Below, in pieces: positions 61,360-64,000 of a stretch of 64,000 nucleotides of DNA; positions within the stretch are counted from its first letter, which is position 1, and each line of letters opens with the position of its first letter. Source of the DNA: Lytechinus pictus (lineage: Eukaryota); the NCBI RefSeq assembly GCF_037042905.1, contig NC_087247.1, positions 19,282,001 to 19,346,000 on the forward strand. Reading direction: 5' to 3'. The translations under genes and the position numbers were made by a program. Below the pieces are notes generated by a model. That model saw nothing but the letters and a program-made list of their open reading frames with translations, was not told the origin of the DNA and made no database searches.

Positions 61360-62926
61360 CAGTGGCGTAACAGGCGGGGGGGGGGGAGGCAAGCTGCCCC
61401 CTGGCGGATTTCACCGGGAAAATTTATTAAAAAACGGAACAAAAGAGACAAGGGAGGGAGAAAGAAAGGGAAAGGGAAGAAAAGGGGAAAGGAAAGGAGG
61501 AAAAGGAAAGGGAAAGGGAAAAGTGAAAAGAAATTTCGAAGAAAATAATATTTTTTTTAATGGAAAAGGAAGGAAAGCGGGAAATAAAACGATAGAACAT
61601 TTGAGAAAGAACAAATCTTTCCGAAATAGGCCTATGTAATGCAACAGCATGATTAGTAAGAAAGGGAAATAAATTCATAGATGACAAAATGGCAAACAAT
61701 AGCGGGAAATGAAGGTAGAATGGAATTAGCCAAAAGCTAAATTTGAAATCTAAGAATAGGGACAAGAAAAAGAACTTAATAACACGACCGGACTGGAATG
61801 AAATAAAGAGCTGGAAGAAAGGTGGACTGCATACAACATTGTGCTATAAGCTTGCTAAATTTTATGAAAATAAGCTACCGGGCTCTGCCCCAGACCCCAC
61901 GCAGTACGTAGGGGCTCTGCATCTATAACCTTCAAATGGCTCTATAACGCCCCTGTAGGGACCGGGTATATAGGGACCCTTCCTATATCCATTAAGCTTC
62001 ACGTTCCATCACTGGCGTGCAGGCGGGGGGGGGGGGGGGGTCTTAGTTCCACACCCAAGAGGAAATAAAATAAATTATAGGAGACAACGTAATGGACTGA
62101 ATGGTAAAAATGAAATGTGTTATTTGCTGAATATAATGGAAAAATCTATCACATAATTAGTATTTTAATTTCAATTGGGTTTTTTTTCCAGCTCGCTTTG
62201 CTCGCTGATGACTTTTTACAAATTTTCCCGCGTTACTATTATGTGCCCCCTCAAAATATTTGGTTCATTACGCAACTGGGTTGAGTAAATGTGTTGTGTA
62301 AAAGCTATATTCTGTATATACCTGCGATTTGATTAAAACTAGCGGCAATCTGCGAGGTTTAAAATGGCTTTGATATCAGGAAGTTCCGGGGGCTCCGCCC
62401 CAGACCCCAACCGCATAGCACTGCCATATATGACTTTGGAAGGGTTGGGCCATGGTCCCAAAATTTATATAACCAAGAACCAAAAAAAAGGATGAAAGAA
62501 AAGCAAAGGAAAAGTGTAGGATAAGATTTTATTTACTGAATATTCGTCAAAAATATCTCAAAGTAAGATTCTCATGAAAGGGTGATTTATTTTCTTGCTC
62601 GCTTCACTCGCTCGGGACTTATATTAAGCAGGTTTTTAGCACATGCGCCATACTGCAGCGTCCCTTGAGAGAGAAGGGTGAAATATATTATTCTCTGGAT
62701 ATCATGTCAAAATCTATCACAAAATTGGATTTTTATAATAAAAATGTCAACATTTTTGCTTTTTTTAAGATAAATAAATATTCTGCCCGATAAGAAATAT
62801 CTGGCCCTCTCAAAATTGTTGCCTCAAAACACTATTACGCCTGTTCATATGATGATATGACCGGGACATTTTGGGCTCTTGCCCCTCCCCCCCCCCCCCC
62901 GGCCACTTACCCCTGTTACGCCCCAG
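61360..62926. mobile_element. Composite hAT-type non-autonomous element inserted in the GPCR C-terminal coding region
   Basis: TIR CAGTGGCGTAACAGG / CCTGTTACGCCCCAG. Perfect 8-bp TSD GCTAGAGG at 61352-61359 and 62927-62934. Confidence 0.85.
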
Positions 62927-63895
62927 GCTAGAGGATGTCTGCACTTCGTGTCCAAAGACAGGATCGTGGCTTGATCGGGAACAGATAAAGATGCATTTGA
63001 GTGCTTTACGAAACCCTGGATTCCTGGCAGTGTAGATAAAAGGATTGACGCACGAGTTGAAGTAAGCCAGGTTTATGAAGGAACGTTGCACTCCTTGCAC
63101 TGGACTCCCAAGGTAATTCCTGGCAGTGCCGAACCCCATTTTTGCGCAGAAGTAGGCAATCTGAGACGGTGCCCAGCAAATGATGAATACAACTATGACA
63201 ATAAGCATCATTTTAAGAACGCGAGTACGAGCTTTCAGATGAATTGATGGCTTACCAGCGGTGACAGATCCTTCTGTTAAGATCTTGGAGAAATGTTGGG
63301 CCTCTCGGTAAAGTTTCTTGGCTATTAGAATTTGGGTGAGAAAGATAAATACAGTAGGCAAACCAATGCGAAGACAGAGGATGTAAGCAGCATAGGCCAT
63401 GTCGCCTTCGACGGAAAATCCTCTGCGAACGCACCGTCCAGTGAGGTCTTTAACATAGAACACAAAGATGCCCCTGCTTCCTGCGAGCATGAACGTCAAC
63501 CAAACAAGAGCTGTACAAATATACGCTCGCCGCTTTGTGACCATGCGATTGAAAATGACAGGATGGACAACCGCGAAGTAGCGGTCGAAACACATGGCGA
63601 CAAGTTTATAAGAAGATACTGTGATTAGCATCCATTGTAACATAGGAGAAGAGATGAAGATACAATAGAGACGTCCCGCAACACTTGAAGGCATTGTTTG
63701 AGCGCTCGGGCGGGGAATCATCTCGATGGATAACAAGAAATCTACAAGAGCTAGATTGCCCACTAGGATGTCAGTGGAGCATCTGGAGGAAGTTTTCCAG
63801 AACACCACAAGGATGACCAGGAAGTTCCCCAGTATCCCAAGAATCGCATAAACCATCTGTAAGATGACACACCAAGGCCATTCCATTGGTTGCAT
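62810..63895 (-). CDS. Class A peptide-type GPCR (galanin/allatostatin-receptor-like), 7TM intronless; possibly a damaged allele
   Basis: GILGN (TM1), NLALVD (TM2), CFDRYFAVVHP, CWAP and NSCVNPFIY. Codons below 62927 are transposon-derived. The natural N-terminus appears frameshifted at 63965-63968. Confidence 0.85.
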   Translation of the reverse strand: MQPMEWPWCVILQMVYAILGILGNFLVILVVFWKTSSRCSTDILVGNLALVDFLLSIEMIPRPSAQTMPSSVAGRLYCIFISSPMLQWMLITVSSYKLVAMCFDRYFAVVHPVIFNRMVTKRRAYICTALVWLTFMLAGSRGIFVFYVKDLTGRCVRRGFSVEGDMAYAAYILCLRIGLPTVFIFLTQILIAKKLYREAQHFSKILTEGSVTAGKPSIHLKARTRVLKMMLIVIVVFIICWAPSQIAYFCAKMGFGTARNYLGSPVQGVQRSFINLAYFNSCVNPFIYTARNPGFRKALKCIFICSRSSHDPVFGHEVQTSSSLGRNRGKWPGGGGEGQEPKMSRSYHHMNRRNSVLRQQF

Positions 63896-64000
63896 TTTTT
63901 CGGAGCGGTCTTCCTCGCAAGTAAAATTTAGTATAATGTCGAAGGAGAGATTATATCGTTGCTTAAAACATTTGAACTTGTGGTGGAGCTGGATTCATTT

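Overview
AT-rich, repeat-dense animal genomic DNA. It is most likely a sea urchin (echinoid), inferred from the repeat families and a 'surreal'-type GPCR. There is one assembly gap (15178-15495). Five protein-coding genes can be reconstructed by hand from GT-AG splice sites and continuous reading frames. (1) Phosducin-like PDCL/PhLP1 on the - strand: 3 coding exons; the rest probably lies left of the window. (2) A 1366-aa Egalitarian/EXD1-like protein on the + strand: 4 coding exons, about nine tandem winged-helix/LOTUS-like modules, a degenerate DEDD 3'-5' exonuclease domain and a repetitive tail. (3) A two-exon divergent class A GPCR on the - strand. (4) An LHFPL3/4/5 (TMHS) tetraspan gene on the + strand, 3 exons. 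(5) A galanin/allatostatin-like class A GPCR on the - strand, with an N-terminal frameshift and a 1.57-kb hAT-type insertion in its C-tail that brings its own splice donor. The rest is MITEs and non-autonomous DNA transposons (hAT-, Kolobok-, Harbinger-, Academ-, MuDR-, pogo- and Helentron-like), satellites and simple repeats. The least explained region is about 6.8-15.1 kb. It holds a constant GTTATCGGT core with interchangeable palindromic arms, CGAGGTT..AACCTCG hairpins, a twin-hairpin module with compensatory substitutions, a 3.36-kb TIR element with a 5-bp TSD, and dense CTCF/YY1-like motifs. All family assignments come from motif recognition by eye, not from database searches.
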